Shown: positions 1-10,476, counted from the first letter of the stretch. The stretch is 64,000 bases of DNA from Nanobdellota archaeon (GCA_038046385.1 JBBSWH010000006.1:64001-128000); one strand, 5' to 3'. Notes: generated by a model not told the origin, from the sequence alone. Translations and numbers: made by a program.

Positions 1-496
1 TTCTGCATTATGGCTAATGATAGCTGTAATTTTGGCTTTCATATCAAACGGATCATTATGGCTGATAATACCCGGCGGCTTTATGGTGCATCATCTTGCC
101 GGCCACAGGCTTGGTTTTTTTAGATATGGTATAAACTATTTTGGGCAGGCAATGGTTGCGCTTGCAGGGCCTTTGTCAAGCCTGATTTTGCTCATATTTT
201 TGAAGATGATTTACGCAGTAGCGCCAAATACGCTTATTGAAAAAGCAATAATGTTCAACGTAATTTACATAATAACCAGCATGCTTCCAATTCCGCCGCT
301 TGACGGCAGCAAGATAATCTTCGGGAGCAGGATGACTTATGCGTTTTTACTTCCGGCAATCATTATTGCCACTATATTGATGATAATCAACATACCCGTA
401 TTCCTTGCACTTGTCTTATCGATGATAATTGGAACAATTTTATGGCTTTGGTATTACATAAGCTTTGAAAGAAAAATCTGGTCAGGACCTAAGTGA
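1..496 (+). CDS. M50 (site-2 protease) family membrane protein, 5' truncated by the window edge
   Basis: Hydrophobic ORF with 'VALAGP' and 'MLPIPPLDG' (NxxPxxxLDG-like) motifs; HExxH would lie upstream of the window. Confidence 0.7.
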   Translation, partial: SALWLMIAVILAFISNGSLWLIIPGGFMVHHLAGHRLGFFRYGINYFGQAMVALAGPLSSLILLIFLKMIYAVAPNTLIEKAIMFNVIYIITSMLPIPPLDGSKIIFGSRMTYAFLLPAIIIATILMIINIPVFLALVLSMIIGTILWLWYYISFERKIWSGPK

Positions 497-825
497 TTGC
501 TATGTCAGACGTACACAGAAGACTTATTGAGTGGTTTGCAGCCGGCTTGATGATTATTGGAGTTCTTATAGCAGTTATTGTGCCAAGCGCGGTTATAAGC
601 TACATCATAATGCTACTTTTCGGGATTTTTACTGGCAGGATTATGGTTAAAATCCATCATAAGGAGCATATGCCGTATATACTAATGCTTGGGGGGTTTG
701 TTATAGGCTATCTTCTTGGCGTTTATTATGGAAGCAGGCTTATTGTGTTGGTATCGTTCATTGTAGGTGTATATATTGGTCATTATTTATACAAAAAAGG
801 GATACTAAAGGATTCTAGCTTCTGA
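493..825 (+). CDS. Small hypothetical membrane protein (about 4 TM segments)
   Basis: 110-aa hydrophobic ORF overlapping the previous stop codon. Confidence 0.7.
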   Translation: MIAMSDVHRRLIEWFAAGLMIIGVLIAVIVPSAVISYIIMLLFGIFTGRIMVKIHHKEHMPYILMLGGFVIGYLLGVYYGSRLIVLVSFIVGVYIGHYLYKKGILKDSSF

Positions 826-864
826 ATGGTTAACCTGTAGGGTGGATTGTTTGTCCTGCAATAC

Positions 865-894
865 CACTGGACATCTCCAGATAACCTATTTAAA
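865..894 (+). promoter_or_regulatory. CACTGGACAT box plus TATA box upstream of hef
   Basis: CACTGGACAT 865-874, 12 nt, TATTTAAA 887-894, 22 nt, ATG 917. Confidence 0.6.
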
Positions 895-916
895 TCCAGA
901 TGTTCTCTTCATCCAT

Positions 917-3139
917 ATGATAAAGAACTTTGAGCCAAGGCTGTATCAGCAGACTATACTGGCAACAGCTGCGGAAAAGAACACGCTTGTAGTACTCCCT
1001 ACAGGCCTTGGAAAGACAAACATATTCCTTATGCTTACTGCACAGAGGCTTAAACAGTATCCTAATTCTAAAGTTCTTTTTATCGGGCCAACAAAACCGT
1101 TGATTGACCAGTACCTTGCTGTTTTCAAGGAGCATTTCCAGATAGATGAAGATGAAATGGCCGTTTTCACAGGAATGGTAAGCCCGGAAAAAAGAGGGGA
1201 ATTATGGAAAAAATCAAAGATTATTTTTTCAACTCCTCAAGGGCTGGAAAACGATATAATAGGCAACAAAATAAATCTTGAAGAAGTTTGCTTGCTTGGT
1301 GTTGATGAAGCGCATAGGGCTGTTGGCGATTATGCTTATGTGTTTGTTGCAAAGCAGTTCATGAAATTATCAAATCATCCAAGGATAATCGCTTTGACTG
1401 CTTCTCCGGGAAGCGACATGGAAAAAATACAAGAGGTATGCAAAAATCTTTTCATAGAAGACATCGAAGTAAGAACTGATGAGGATTCTGACGTAAAGCA
1501 GTATGTGCAAGACATCCAAGTTGACTGGGTAAAGCTTCCGCTGCCTAAGATTTTCATTGACATACAAAAATTTTTGTTGCTTTTCATAAAAGAAAGATTT
1601 GAAAAATTAAAAAGTCTTGGTGTCTTGAAAAAAACCGATGTGAGGTATATCTCAAAATCTGACCTTTTGCAGCTGCAAGGAGAGTTAAGAAGCCGCATTT
1701 CACAGGGCGACAAGGATTTCTCAATGTGGAATGCAATATCAATTGTTGCAGAAATGATGAAAGTTTATCATGCGCTTGAATTGCTTGAAACGCAGGGGAT
1801 AGCTTCGTTGCAAAAATATTTTGAAAAACTGACAGCTGAATCAAGAACTTCATCAACGAAAGCCATCAAGTCAATAATGTCTGATGCGAATTTCAAGTCA
1901 GCTATGATAAAGGCAAGCATTCTGCACGAGGAAAAAGTTGAGCATCCAAAGCTGATTGAGCTGCAGAACATTATCAACAATGAAGTGAAAAAATCAAAGG
2001 ATGTCAAGATAATAGTTTTCAACCAGTACAGGGATAATGCTCTTGACATAACGCATAAACTTAACACAATTGAAAATGTCAAATCCAGAATTTTCGTCGG
2101 ACAGCAAAAGAAGAATGAAACCGGGATGAGCCAGAAAGAGCAAAAGCAGATGCTTGATGATTTCAGAGCAGGATTGTTTAATGTTCTTGTTGCAACTTCA
2201 ATAGGAGAAGAAGGACTCGATATACCAAGAGTTGATCTTGTAATTTTCTTTGAGCCGATACCAAGCGCTATAAGAAGCATCCAGAGGCGCGGAAGAACGG
2301 GAAGGCAGGAGAAAGGAAGAGTCATAATACTTATGTCAGAAGGGACAAGGGATGAAGCTTATCGGTGGGTTGCGCATCACAAGGAAAAAAAGATGCACAG
2401 AAATCTGCTTGAATTAAGGAAAAAACTTAATTTATCGCTGTATGAGAAGAAAAAAGATGTTTCTCTTGCGAAATTTTCAGAAGAGAAAGTGATTATATTT
2501 GCAGACTACAGGGAAAAGGGAAGCGGAGTCATAAAGGAGCTTGCTGAAAGCAATGTAACGCTTAATCTTGAAAGGCTGGAGTATGCTGATTATGTATTGT
2601 CATCAAGATGTGGGGTTGAAATCAAAACCGTTGAAGATTTTGTTGATTCCATAATTGACGGAAGACTTTTGCAGCAAATTAAGAACTTAAAAAATAATTT
2701 TGAGAGGCCTGTTGTATTAATAGAAGGAGAGCAGGACATTTATTCTGTAAGAAACGTGCATCACAATGCAATCCTCGGAATGATGGCCACGATTACTGTT
2801 TCTTATGGAATACCCCTTGTGCAGACAAAGAATTTCAAGGAGACTGCCGGGTTTTTGCACATAATTGCAAAAAGGGAGCAGGATGAAGTAGGAAAAGAAT
2901 TTAGCGTTCATGCAGACCGCAAGCCAGTGTCATTGAAAGAGCAGCAGGAGTATGTTGTAAGCTCACTGCCCGGGATGGGGTTAAACTTAGCTAAACCAAT
3001 GCTAAAGCACTTCAAGACAATAAAGAATATTGTAAATGCTGATTTAAAGGAACTGCAGGAAGTCGAGAAGATTGGGCCGTCAAAGGCGAAGCAGATAAGA
3101 GATGTTTTTGATAGCGAATATAAAGAAAACGACAAGTAA
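917..3139 (+). CDS. hef: Hef / FANCM-like DEAH helicase fused to ERCC4 nuclease and HhH domains
   Basis: PTGLGKT, DEAH, TASPG, QRRGRTGR helicase motifs; ADYRE...EIKTVEDF nuclease motif; C-terminal HhH. Start moved to ATG 917 based on TATA spacing. Confidence 0.93.
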   Translation: MIKNFEPRLYQQTILATAAEKNTLVVLPTGLGKTNIFLMLTAQRLKQYPNSKVLFIGPTKPLIDQYLAVFKEHFQIDEDEMAVFTGMVSPEKRGELWKKSKIIFSTPQGLENDIIGNKINLEEVCLLGVDEAHRAVGDYAYVFVAKQFMKLSNHPRIIALTASPGSDMEKIQEVCKNLFIEDIEVRTDEDSDVKQYVQDIQVDWVKLPLPKIFIDIQKFLLLFIKERFEKLKSLGVLKKTDVRYISKSDLLQLQGELRSRISQGDKDFSMWNAISIVAEMMKVYHALELLETQGIASLQKYFEKLTAESRTSSTKAIKSIMSDANFKSAMIKASILHEEKVEHPKLIELQNIINNEVKKSKDVKIIVFNQYRDNALDITHKLNTIENVKSRIFVGQQKKNETGMSQKEQKQMLDDFRAGLFNVLVATSIGEEGLDIPRVDLVIFFEPIPSAIRSIQRRGRTGRQEKGRVIILMSEGTRDEAYRWVAHHKEKKMHRNLLELRKKLNLSLYEKKKDVSLAKFSEEKVIIFADYREKGSGVIKELAESNVTLNLERLEYADYVLSSRCGVEIKTVEDFVDSIIDGRLLQQIKNLKNNFERPVVLIEGEQDIYSVRNVHHNAILGMMATITVSYGIPLVQTKNFKETAGFLHIIAKREQDEVGKEFSVHADRKPVSLKEQQEYVVSSLPGMGLNLAKPMLKHFKTIKNIVNADLKELQEVEKIGPSKAKQIRDVFDSEYKENDK

Positions 3140-3186
3140 TAGTTGAAAGAGTAATATTTATATTCTAATGGTTTTGTTTTATTAGT

Positions 3187-4062
3187 ATGTTTCGCAAATT
3201 CTTCGCGTGGATTATAAGAACGCTAATGGCCATTATTCTTACTACTCTTATTTTCAGCTCTGTTCTGCCGAGTGTTGAAAAAATTATTCCCAGTGTAATT
3301 GGGAATGTTTTCATTCACGCATCTCCTGCTTCACAGCAAGATGTTGTAAACAAACTGTCAGGAGTATGCAAAGAAGCCGCTGGTGAAAAAGTTCCTGCAA
3401 ATATGGCAAACATAGCAGCAGTGTGCAAAGAATACAATGCCGGCAACATGAAAGGGGAAAAATTGTTTGCAGGTTTTGTTAACGTTATCATGGATACAGA
3501 GTTTAACCTTCCCGATTCACAAATCATCAAGAAATACAACAGTTTGCAGGATAATATAAATTCAAAAAAGCCTTTGCTGTTTGGAGTGCTGATTTTGTTG
3601 TTTGTTTTGCTTTATCTTGTCCTTATGAATTTCCGGCTTTTTATTGCTGCATTGGGGTCAATCTGCTTCAGCATGGGGTGGATGATAATGCTGCCCTATT
3701 TCATCATAGTTATTTATGACAATCTTATAGGAATAGACACTACAGCAATATTCTCTGCCATGATAAACAGCACCGGAATTGAGCCAGGCGCAATTATAAG
3801 CGTAATTTTGCTTGTTTTTATGGGTTTGTACAGCCCTGCGCTTATTTTGGTGGGCGTTATTTTGCTTGGAATCGGGATGACTGGATTTATTTACAGATTT
3901 ACTGCAAGAAAGAAGCAGGCTGCTGAAAAGAAAGATGACAAAAAGGCAAAGGATGAAGATAAGGAAGAAAGCGACAAAGAAACTAAAGAAGAAGAGCCTG
4001 ACGAAGAAGAAGCTGAAGAAGAAAAACCTAATAAAAAGAAATCAAAAAAGAAGAAAAATTAA
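3187..4062 (+). CDS. Hypothetical membrane protein with a charged low-complexity C-terminal tail
   Basis: 291-aa ORF, several TM segments, E/K-rich tail. Confidence 0.7.
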   Translation: MFRKFFAWIIRTLMAIILTTLIFSSVLPSVEKIIPSVIGNVFIHASPASQQDVVNKLSGVCKEAAGEKVPANMANIAAVCKEYNAGNMKGEKLFAGFVNVIMDTEFNLPDSQIIKKYNSLQDNINSKKPLLFGVLILLFVLLYLVLMNFRLFIAALGSICFSMGWMIMLPYFIIVIYDNLIGIDTTAIFSAMINSTGIEPGAIISVILLVFMGLYSPALILVGVILLGIGMTGFIYRFTARKKQAAEKKDDKKAKDEDKEESDKETKEEEPDEEEAEEEKPNKKKSKKKKN

Positions 4063-4901
4063 AATTTCATTGACCTTAATCTCTTAGTTCGTTCTGCAGT
4101 TTGAGGGTGGGTCATAAACAATTTCAAGAAATTGCCGCCCCTGAAAGGATTTGCTATAAACAAATGCGCTGTCGAACTGTTTCCAAAACGCATTGGATTT
4201 ACATCAACATTTTTTTCGATTTTTTCCAGAGCATCTGCAAGATGCTTTCCGTTCCTTACATAAGAAGCTCCTTTTTCGTCTGCAAGATACTCGCGGCTTC
4301 TTGAGATTGCAAGCTGTATAAGAGAAGCAACTATAGGGGTTATTATTGCCAATGCAAGCAATCCGACAATATTTCCTTTTCTGTCATCATCGCGCCCGAA
4401 CATTGCAGACCACATGAACATATTTGCTATGTATGAGATGACTCCTGCAATTGTGCCTGCTACTGTTGAAATTAAAATGTCCCTGTGGTCTATGTGCGCA
4501 AACTCATGCGCTATAACTCCTTTTAATTCATCATCATTTAAAAGTTTTAAAATTCCTTCTGTTGCTGCGACAGCAGCGTGGTTTGGATTACGGCCGGTAG
4601 CGAAGGCGTTTGAAGAATTTGAAGGTATTATGTACACTTTCGGCATTGGCAATTTTGCAAGATGCGATACTTCTTTTACAATCCTGTAAAGCCTTGGCTG
4701 GTCAGACTGCTTTGCTTCCTTTGCCCGGTACATCATAAGGACAATCTTGTCCGAGAACCAGTATGAACCGAGGTTCATAAGCCCTACAAATACCAAAGCA
4801 AAATAAAATCCAGTCTGTCCGAAAAAGCTGCCTATCCATAACAACAATGCTGTCAGCATTGCCAATAGTACGACTGTTTTAAGCTGATTTTGAATTCCCA
4901 T
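4059..4901 (-). CDS. htpX: HtpX M48 zinc metalloprotease
   Basis: NAFATG, HEFAH, SRSREYLAD and THP motifs. Confidence 0.93.
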   Translation of the reverse strand: MGIQNQLKTVVLLAMLTALLLWIGSFFGQTGFYFALVFVGLMNLGSYWFSDKIVLMMYRAKEAKQSDQPRLYRIVKEVSHLAKLPMPKVYIIPSNSSNAFATGRNPNHAAVAATEGILKLLNDDELKGVIAHEFAHIDHRDILISTVAGTIAGVISYIANMFMWSAMFGRDDDRKGNIVGLLALAIITPIVASLIQLAISRSREYLADEKGASYVRNGKHLADALEKIEKNVDVNPMRFGNSSTAHLFIANPFRGGNFLKLFMTHPQTAERTKRLRSMKF

Positions 4902-4962
4902 AGCAATAATGTAGTGTTTTCTTATTTAAAAAGTTTATGAATGATATGGTTAGGTTAAAATT

Positions 4963-5075
4963 AGTTTTGCCATCGTTCGCATGTGTAAATAGGCGTTTAT
5001 TGCCAAAATTCCCATTGCAATTTCCTTTTGGCTAGCTACTTGATTAGAAGATGCTCACATAGTGATGGCAAAACT
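4963..5075. repeat. Dispersed palindromic element, copy 1
   Basis: AGTTTTGCCATC-GTTCGCAT...GCCAAAA-TTCCCATTGCAATTTCC-TTTTGGC...ATGCTCAC-ATAGT-GATGGCAAAACT. Confidence 0.9.
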
Positions 5076-5138
5076 GACATTTTCAACAAGCCTTCTTTGT
5101 CAGCAAACCTTAAAAACAAAATAGTGTTTCTTGAAGTT

Positions 5139-6497
5139 ATGGTTCCGCTCAGTGTTTCGCTTACTCATTATAAAAGAAAGGATATACAGGAAGAGATTGT
5201 GTATAATTCCATTGATAGGGAAATCGCTGCCAAGTTTGGGGAAAGCTTCGGGAAAAGGCCGGACATTCTGAGGAATCCAAGCGACATAATGGAGCTTGCA
5301 AAACAAGGCGTTACTTCTTTTCACGCTTCAGAAGAGCTTTGGAAAAATCCGCTGCAGATTGACACGTCAATGAAGAGGCACGAGCTTGATGCACTTCGTT
5401 CAGGCTGGGATTTGATAATAGACATTGACTGCACTGTTTTTGATTACTCAAAAATTGCAGCTGACCTTGTGATAAAAGCATTGAAATTCCATAAAGTAAA
5501 ATCCATATCGTGCAAGTTTTCAGGCAACAAGGGATTTCATATCGGAGTTCCTTTTGAGGTTTTTCCTGAAAAAGTGAAGAATGAAGACACAAAAAATATG
5601 TTTCCAGAAGCTCCAAAGAAGATTGCGCTGTACATAAAAAGCATGATAATGCCGGAATTCGGGATAAAAATTCTTGCGTTTGAGAAAAATGACATTGGAA
5701 AAGTTCTGGAGAAAACCGGCAAGGCTTCAAGCGAAGTTATTTACATCGAGAACGGGCAGAAAAAATTCAATCCGGAATCTATTTTGCAGATGGATACTTT
5801 GCTTATCTCGTCAAGACACCTTTACAGGATGCCTTATTCTCTGCACGAGAAATCCGGATTGGTGTCAATTCCTTTCAATCCTGAGAAAGTAATGCTGTTC
5901 CAGAAAGAGCTTGCACTTCCGAAGAATGTTAAAATCAGCTCCCACAGGTTTCTTGACAGAAAAAATGTTGAAAAGGATGAGGCAAAAAGGCTGTTTGTAG
6001 AGGCATTTGACTTTCATGTCAAGGAAGAATCGAATGTTGAAACGACAAAGAGAAAAGATTTTGAGGCGCCGGAGAACGCGCTGCCTGAAGAATTGTTTCC
6101 GCCCTGTGTTAAGCTCATACTGAACGGATTAGAAGACGGAAGAAAAAGAGCATTGCTTGTTTTAATCAATTATTTCACTTCAATCGGCTGGGATTATGAC
6201 GCGATTGAGAAAAAGCTTGTGGAATGGAACAAGAAAAACAAAGAGCCTATAAGGGATGTGTATCTGCTTGGGCAGTTAAGGTATCATAAGCAGATGCGAA
6301 AGAAAGTTCTTCCTCCAAACTGCAGCAACGAGATGTACATGCTGAATATGGGAGTTTGCAAGCCTGACAATTTCTGCCCAAAAATAAAGAATCCTGCGCA
6401 GTACAGCACAAGAAAGGCGTGGGGCATCAACCAAAGCGTGAAAAAGCCAAGGGCAAAGATGGTTGCAAAGAAAGACGACAATGCGAAAACTATATAA
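5139..6497 (+). CDS. priSL: Fused archaeal DNA primase (PriS catalytic domain plus PriL Fe-S domain)
   Basis: WDLIIDID, FSGNKGFH, RMPYSLH followed by FPPC...PPNC..C Cys cluster. Start set at ATG 5139 because the longer ORF start lies inside the repeat. Confidence 0.85.
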   Translation: MVPLSVSLTHYKRKDIQEEIVYNSIDREIAAKFGESFGKRPDILRNPSDIMELAKQGVTSFHASEELWKNPLQIDTSMKRHELDALRSGWDLIIDIDCTVFDYSKIAADLVIKALKFHKVKSISCKFSGNKGFHIGVPFEVFPEKVKNEDTKNMFPEAPKKIALYIKSMIMPEFGIKILAFEKNDIGKVLEKTGKASSEVIYIENGQKKFNPESILQMDTLLISSRHLYRMPYSLHEKSGLVSIPFNPEKVMLFQKELALPKNVKISSHRFLDRKNVEKDEAKRLFVEAFDFHVKEESNVETTKRKDFEAPENALPEELFPPCVKLILNGLEDGRKRALLVLINYFTSIGWDYDAIEKKLVEWNKKNKEPIRDVYLLGQLRYHKQMRKKVLPPNCSNEMYMLNMGVCKPDNFCPKIKNPAQYSTRKAWGINQSVKKPRAKMVAKKDDNAKTI

Positions 6498-6541
6498 ACC
6501 AGCAAATTTAGGCTATTCAATATAAAAATTGAGGTGATTAG

Positions 6542-6730
6542 ATGGTTTTCGGTGTTCAGGAAGTTACGCTTGCTATTATCATAGGCACGCTTGCAGCAAT
6601 TGTTTATTCTTTGAGAGTCCTTGTCCTTATGGAAAGAAGGATTGCAAGGATAGAGATGCATGTTGAAAGGGCTGTAGAAAAGGTTATGAAAGAAGAAATG
6701 AAAATCGAGAAAAGACTCGGTAAAAAGTAA
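6542..6730 (+). CDS. Small single-TM protein with a coiled-coil tail
   Basis: GAGGTGA Shine-Dalgarno directly upstream; 62 aa. Confidence 0.75.
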   Translation: MVFGVQEVTLAIIIGTLAAIVYSLRVLVLMERRIARIEMHVERAVEKVMKEEMKIEKRLGKK

Positions 6731-6738
6731 TTCTTTTT

Positions 6739-7146
6739 TTATATTTTTATTTTGTAACTGATTAATTCGTTAAAAGATATTCCCCTAAGCTCTGCTGTTT
6801 TTAATGCAATAACATATCCAGTTTTTGTCTTTTCTATGTCTTCTATTGCTATGAACAGCCATTCTTTTCTATAGAAACGGACTGCAAACCAAGGGCGCGC
6901 ATCAAATATTTCAGAAAATTCTGTCAGTTGGTTTAAATCGTACTGTGATAAATAAATTTTATCAGACTTGCTGGTTTTGCATTCAACTGCAACTCTTCTG
7001 TTGCTTTCTCTGCTGCCTGCCAATAAATCCGGCCCTGGATGATTCATTGAGCCGGAGCCGGCTGATCTTAAGCATGCCCAGCCTGCGTCCCAGAACATGT
7101 GCAATAACTGCCTTTCAGCATTAGAGCCTTTGCTTTTTAATGACAT
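6739..7146 (-). CDS. hjc: Holliday junction resolvase Hjc
   Basis: KGSNAER, RSAGSG, PDLLA, VECK motifs. Confidence 0.9.
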   Translation of the reverse strand: MSLKSKGSNAERQLLHMFWDAGWACLRSAGSGSMNHPGPDLLAGSRESNRRVAVECKTSKSDKIYLSQYDLNQLTEFSEIFDARPWFAVRFYRKEWLFIAIEDIEKTKTGYVIALKTAELRGISFNELISYKIKI

Positions 7147-8036
7147 TATAAATCCAATTTCATCAAGTCATATGCGCATTTTGTATTGTCGAAAACATTT
7201 CGTGCGTCTTCTTCCAGTTCCTGTGTATCTTTGTAGCGTGCGCTGAAATGTGTCAGGATAAGTTTTTTTGTATTGGATTGTGAAGCTAACTGGCCTGCCT
7301 GTTTTGCAGTCATGTGAGAATACTCTTCGCTTTTTTCTGCAAGCTTTGAAGAGTAAGTGGCTTCGCATATCAGAATATCTGCATCTTTTGCTGTCTTGTA
7401 GCAGCCTTCGCACAATAAAGTGTCTGTAACGTAAGCAACAACCTTTCCTTTTTCTGTGTATGAAACATCATCCGGCATGATCTTTTTGCCGTTATGCTCA
7501 ATTGAATGCCCGCTTTGAAGTTTTCCTATTGAAGGACCTTCTTCTAATCCAAGCTTCTTTGCTTTTTTCATGTCAACTTTTCTTTTGTCTTTTTCTACGA
7601 ATTTGAATCCTAAAATTTCTATTCCGTGCTCTAACTGATATGCTTCCAAAACAAAATCTTCGTTTTCGAAGAATTTTCCTTCCCTTACTTCATGCACTTC
7701 AAAATCCAGCTTCTTGTCAAAAATGAATGCTTCGAACATGCTTTCTATTCTTTTCTTTGTGTCCTTTGGACCATAAATGTTTAGCTTTTGATTGTATTCC
7801 AATGAGCTTAAAGTCTGCATTAAACCAGGAAGCCCAAGCACGTGGTCGCCGTGCCAATGCGTTAACAAGATTTTTGTTGTCTTTGTCAAGCTGATTCCTG
7901 CTATTTTGAATTGTCTTTGCGTTCCTTCGCCGCAATCAAACAAAATCCCTTCAGTGCCGTAGCTAAGAAAGACTGCGCTATGATTTCTATCCTTTGTCGG
8001 CACCATGGAAGATGTGCCCAAAAATGTTATTTGCAT
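7146..8036 (-). CDS. rnz: Ribonuclease Z
   Basis: MQITFLGTS, DCGEG, THWHGDH, THFSARY motifs; start at 8036. Confidence 0.93.
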   Translation of the reverse strand: MQITFLGTSSMVPTKDRNHSAVFLSYGTEGILFDCGEGTQRQFKIAGISLTKTTKILLTHWHGDHVLGLPGLMQTLSSLEYNQKLNIYGPKDTKKRIESMFEAFIFDKKLDFEVHEVREGKFFENEDFVLEAYQLEHGIEILGFKFVEKDKRKVDMKKAKKLGLEEGPSIGKLQSGHSIEHNGKKIMPDDVSYTEKGKVVAYVTDTLLCEGCYKTAKDADILICEATYSSKLAEKSEEYSHMTAKQAGQLASQSNTKKLILTHFSARYKDTQELEEDARNVFDNTKCAYDLMKLDL

Positions 8037-8115
8037 AATACGAAGTACGGGAATATGATTTATAAGGGTTTTGGGTTTGACAACCTTTTTAAACAGCCAT
8101 TCATAACTAAAGGCT

Positions 8116-8718
8116 ATGGCAAAAAAGAAGGAAGTGTCAAAAGCAGAGGAGATTCTTCCTAAAAAGGACAAGGTCGAACAGACGCCAATCAAGGAGCCTG
8201 TCAAGGCATTCTTCTCAAACGAGAGAGTACTTACAGAGAACTCTGATAACGCCAAAGAGCTCTATAACCAAAGCAGATACGGAAATCTTCTGGAAGACGG
8301 GCGCGTTCAACTTGCGCTGATTGAATCACTATACCTTGTTGAGAAAAAAAGGCTTTTTGTTTATGACGGCAAAAACAAAGAGATAGGATTTGACGCTCTT
8401 TTGAAGAAATCACAGAAAGTAGAACCAAATTTCTGGGTAAGATATTGCGTTTACAAGGACATAAGAAACAGGGGATACATAATCAAAACTGCTTTGAAGT
8501 TTGGCGCTGATTTCAGGATTTATGACAGAGGAGTTAAACCAGGGGAAGACCATGCAAGGTGGGTTGTTTTTCCGGTGCATGAAGGGTCTACTTTAACATG
8601 GTATGAGTTTGCTGCAAAAAACAGGGTTGCGCATTCAACAAAGAAAAGGCTGCTTTTAGGAATAGTCGATTCTGAGATGGATGTTACGTATTATGAGTGC
8701 AGATGGCTGAGACCTTGA
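8116..8718 (+). CDS. endA: tRNA-splicing endonuclease
   Basis: VYKDIRNRGY, KFGADFRIY, catalytic His, KKRLL motifs. Confidence 0.9.
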   Translation: MAKKKEVSKAEEILPKKDKVEQTPIKEPVKAFFSNERVLTENSDNAKELYNQSRYGNLLEDGRVQLALIESLYLVEKKRLFVYDGKNKEIGFDALLKKSQKVEPNFWVRYCVYKDIRNRGYIIKTALKFGADFRIYDRGVKPGEDHARWVVFPVHEGSTLTWYEFAAKNRVAHSTKKRLLLGIVDSEMDVTYYECRWLRP

Positions 8719-8772
8719 TACCAATTTTATAATTATAATATCTTCATATGCGTATATCAAATTAATTCGCTT

Positions 8773-10476
8773 CTAAAAAATGGATTTTAGCCACGCAATA
8801 ATTCTACCCAATAAAGACTGCTTGGTTTTTTGTACTTCAACACATAGATTGTTTACTAGATGTTTTTTTGCAGAACATGATAGGCAGTTAGGGGAATCAA
8901 TTGCCCCATTTTGGCATGAATCTTGTTTAGTTTTCCCTATAACTTCTTTTTTTATGCATGTATTTGCAACCAATTCATAACCTTCAGAGCAGGACTTACA
9001 ATCTGGAGGGTCAATCGCCCCATTCTGGCAAGTTGTCTTTGAATCTTTATTTCTTTTAGTGTTTTCATCTTTAATAAATCCCAGCATATATGCTTCCAAA
9101 CTGCATAAATGCGGTTTTTTGAAAAATTCTTCCCATTGGGCGGTGTATAAGATGCAGTTTCTCCATTGATAGTATCCTCCAGGCTCTCCAGCATAAGGGT
9201 ATATGTCAAATAATCCAAATGAATGGAGAGTTTCGTGTATCAAAACAGGAGAAAATGCTGTGGGGTCTATTTTATCTGAATACCCCCCCATAAGCACGTA
9301 TTCTCCAAAGTTTATGCCTGCTGAAACTGGAAGCTGGGGAAATTTTTTTGAAAGCGCAAATACAGCTTCCTGATCATTTTGGTCCTTAATAAAATAGTAA
9401 ATAATAGGATATCCCTGCAAACCGCAAGTTGTGGCAATTTTTTTAAATATCTGCTCTACTTCTTCTTTTTCCTTGATATCTTGAAGGTACTCGCTTCTTG
9501 TGTAGCCAGGACATTCTACTACATTCCAATTTAAAGAAAATTTACTTTTGCTTGCCCAAGCGTCTTTTTCATCTTTAAGCCATTGGTTTGCTCTTTCGGC
9601 TTCGGTCTTTAGCTGGTCAATAATTATTTTTCTTTGATTATCATCTATTTGATCTGTTACAAAAAGAGGGACTATAAGAGCATTGTAGGTATCGGATGAT
9701 AATACTTGATTGTCGGGTTTTAGGCATCTATTTTGAAAACATGACCCTTGTTGACAGTCTGAATCCGAAAAACATGATTGATATCCTGTATGAACGCCAA
9801 ATGGATAAAGAATACCATCAATACACTGAAAATTTTTTAAATTGTAAGTTCTTTCTCCGCAGATTGCAGTTGGCCGGGTAGGGTCATAGACTATAATGTT
9901 AAGGGATTTAGCTCCAAACCCCGCTGTTCTGACAAATATCCTGCCAAAATCTGTTTGATAATAATCTGATTTGAATTTAACTGTTGTTTTGACTTCTTCA
10001 TTAGGGTTAAGGTGGATGACTTTGTTTATCTGAACTATTTGTTGGTAGTCATTTGAAAACCCTGTAGGATTATAATCAAATGCTGCATCCATCAGGTTTA
10101 TGTCTACTACATTCTCTGCTTCAGATGTAAAAGAAAGCTCTACTTCGAAATCCGAACTGATTGGAACAGATTTTGGATAATCTGCTTTAATTTTTACAGT
10201 TGGGGTGAAAGAATATACACACTCATGTATGGGGGAGCAGTGAAGTCCGTTCTCGCAATCAGCTTCTGATTTACAGATTTTTGTAAATGACTCAAAAAAT
10301 TCCCCGTCAATGCATGCATGATCCAATGCAGATGTCCGGCAAAATCCGTCACAAACTACACCTTCTCCATTAAAACAAGTCTGCTGGGCAGAGACGCTGA
10401 TGGCGTAACCTAAAAAAAAGACTCCTAATGCCAAAATTAGAATTTTGTTTTTGAATCTTAATTCCAATTTGACCAT
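8773..10476 (-). CDS. Secreted Cys-rich putative zinc metalloprotease
   Basis: Signal peptide, HETLHSFGLFD (HExxHxxGxxD), Cys-rich modules, duplicated CQNGAID(P/S)PxC. Confidence 0.65.
   Translation of the reverse strand: MVKLELRFKNKILILALGVFFLGYAISVSAQQTCFNGEGVVCDGFCRTSALDHACIDGEFFESFTKICKSEADCENGLHCSPIHECVYSFTPTVKIKADYPKSVPISSDFEVELSFTSEAENVVDINLMDAAFDYNPTGFSNDYQQIVQINKVIHLNPNEEVKTTVKFKSDYYQTDFGRIFVRTAGFGAKSLNIIVYDPTRPTAICGERTYNLKNFQCIDGILYPFGVHTGYQSCFSDSDCQQGSCFQNRCLKPDNQVLSSDTYNALIVPLFVTDQIDDNQRKIIIDQLKTEAERANQWLKDEKDAWASKSKFSLNWNVVECPGYTRSEYLQDIKEKEEVEQIFKKIATTCGLQGYPIIYYFIKDQNDQEAVFALSKKFPQLPVSAGINFGEYVLMGGYSDKIDPTAFSPVLIHETLHSFGLFDIYPYAGEPGGYYQWRNCILYTAQWEEFFKKPHLCSLEAYMLGFIKDENTKRNKDSKTTCQNGAIDPPDCKSCSEGYELVANTCIKKEVIGKTKQDSCQNGAIDSPNCLSCSAKKHLVNNLCVEVQKTKQSLLGRIIAWLKSIF

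Noticed and set aside
842-916. N-terminal extensions given by the ORF track for hef (likewise primase 5028, rnz 8255, M24 18875, M16 18789, pilin 46658, rps19 58651, rpl4 60646)
   Set aside because: The extensions run through promoters, repeats or neighbouring genes. Downstream ATGs match family N-termini and TATA spacing.
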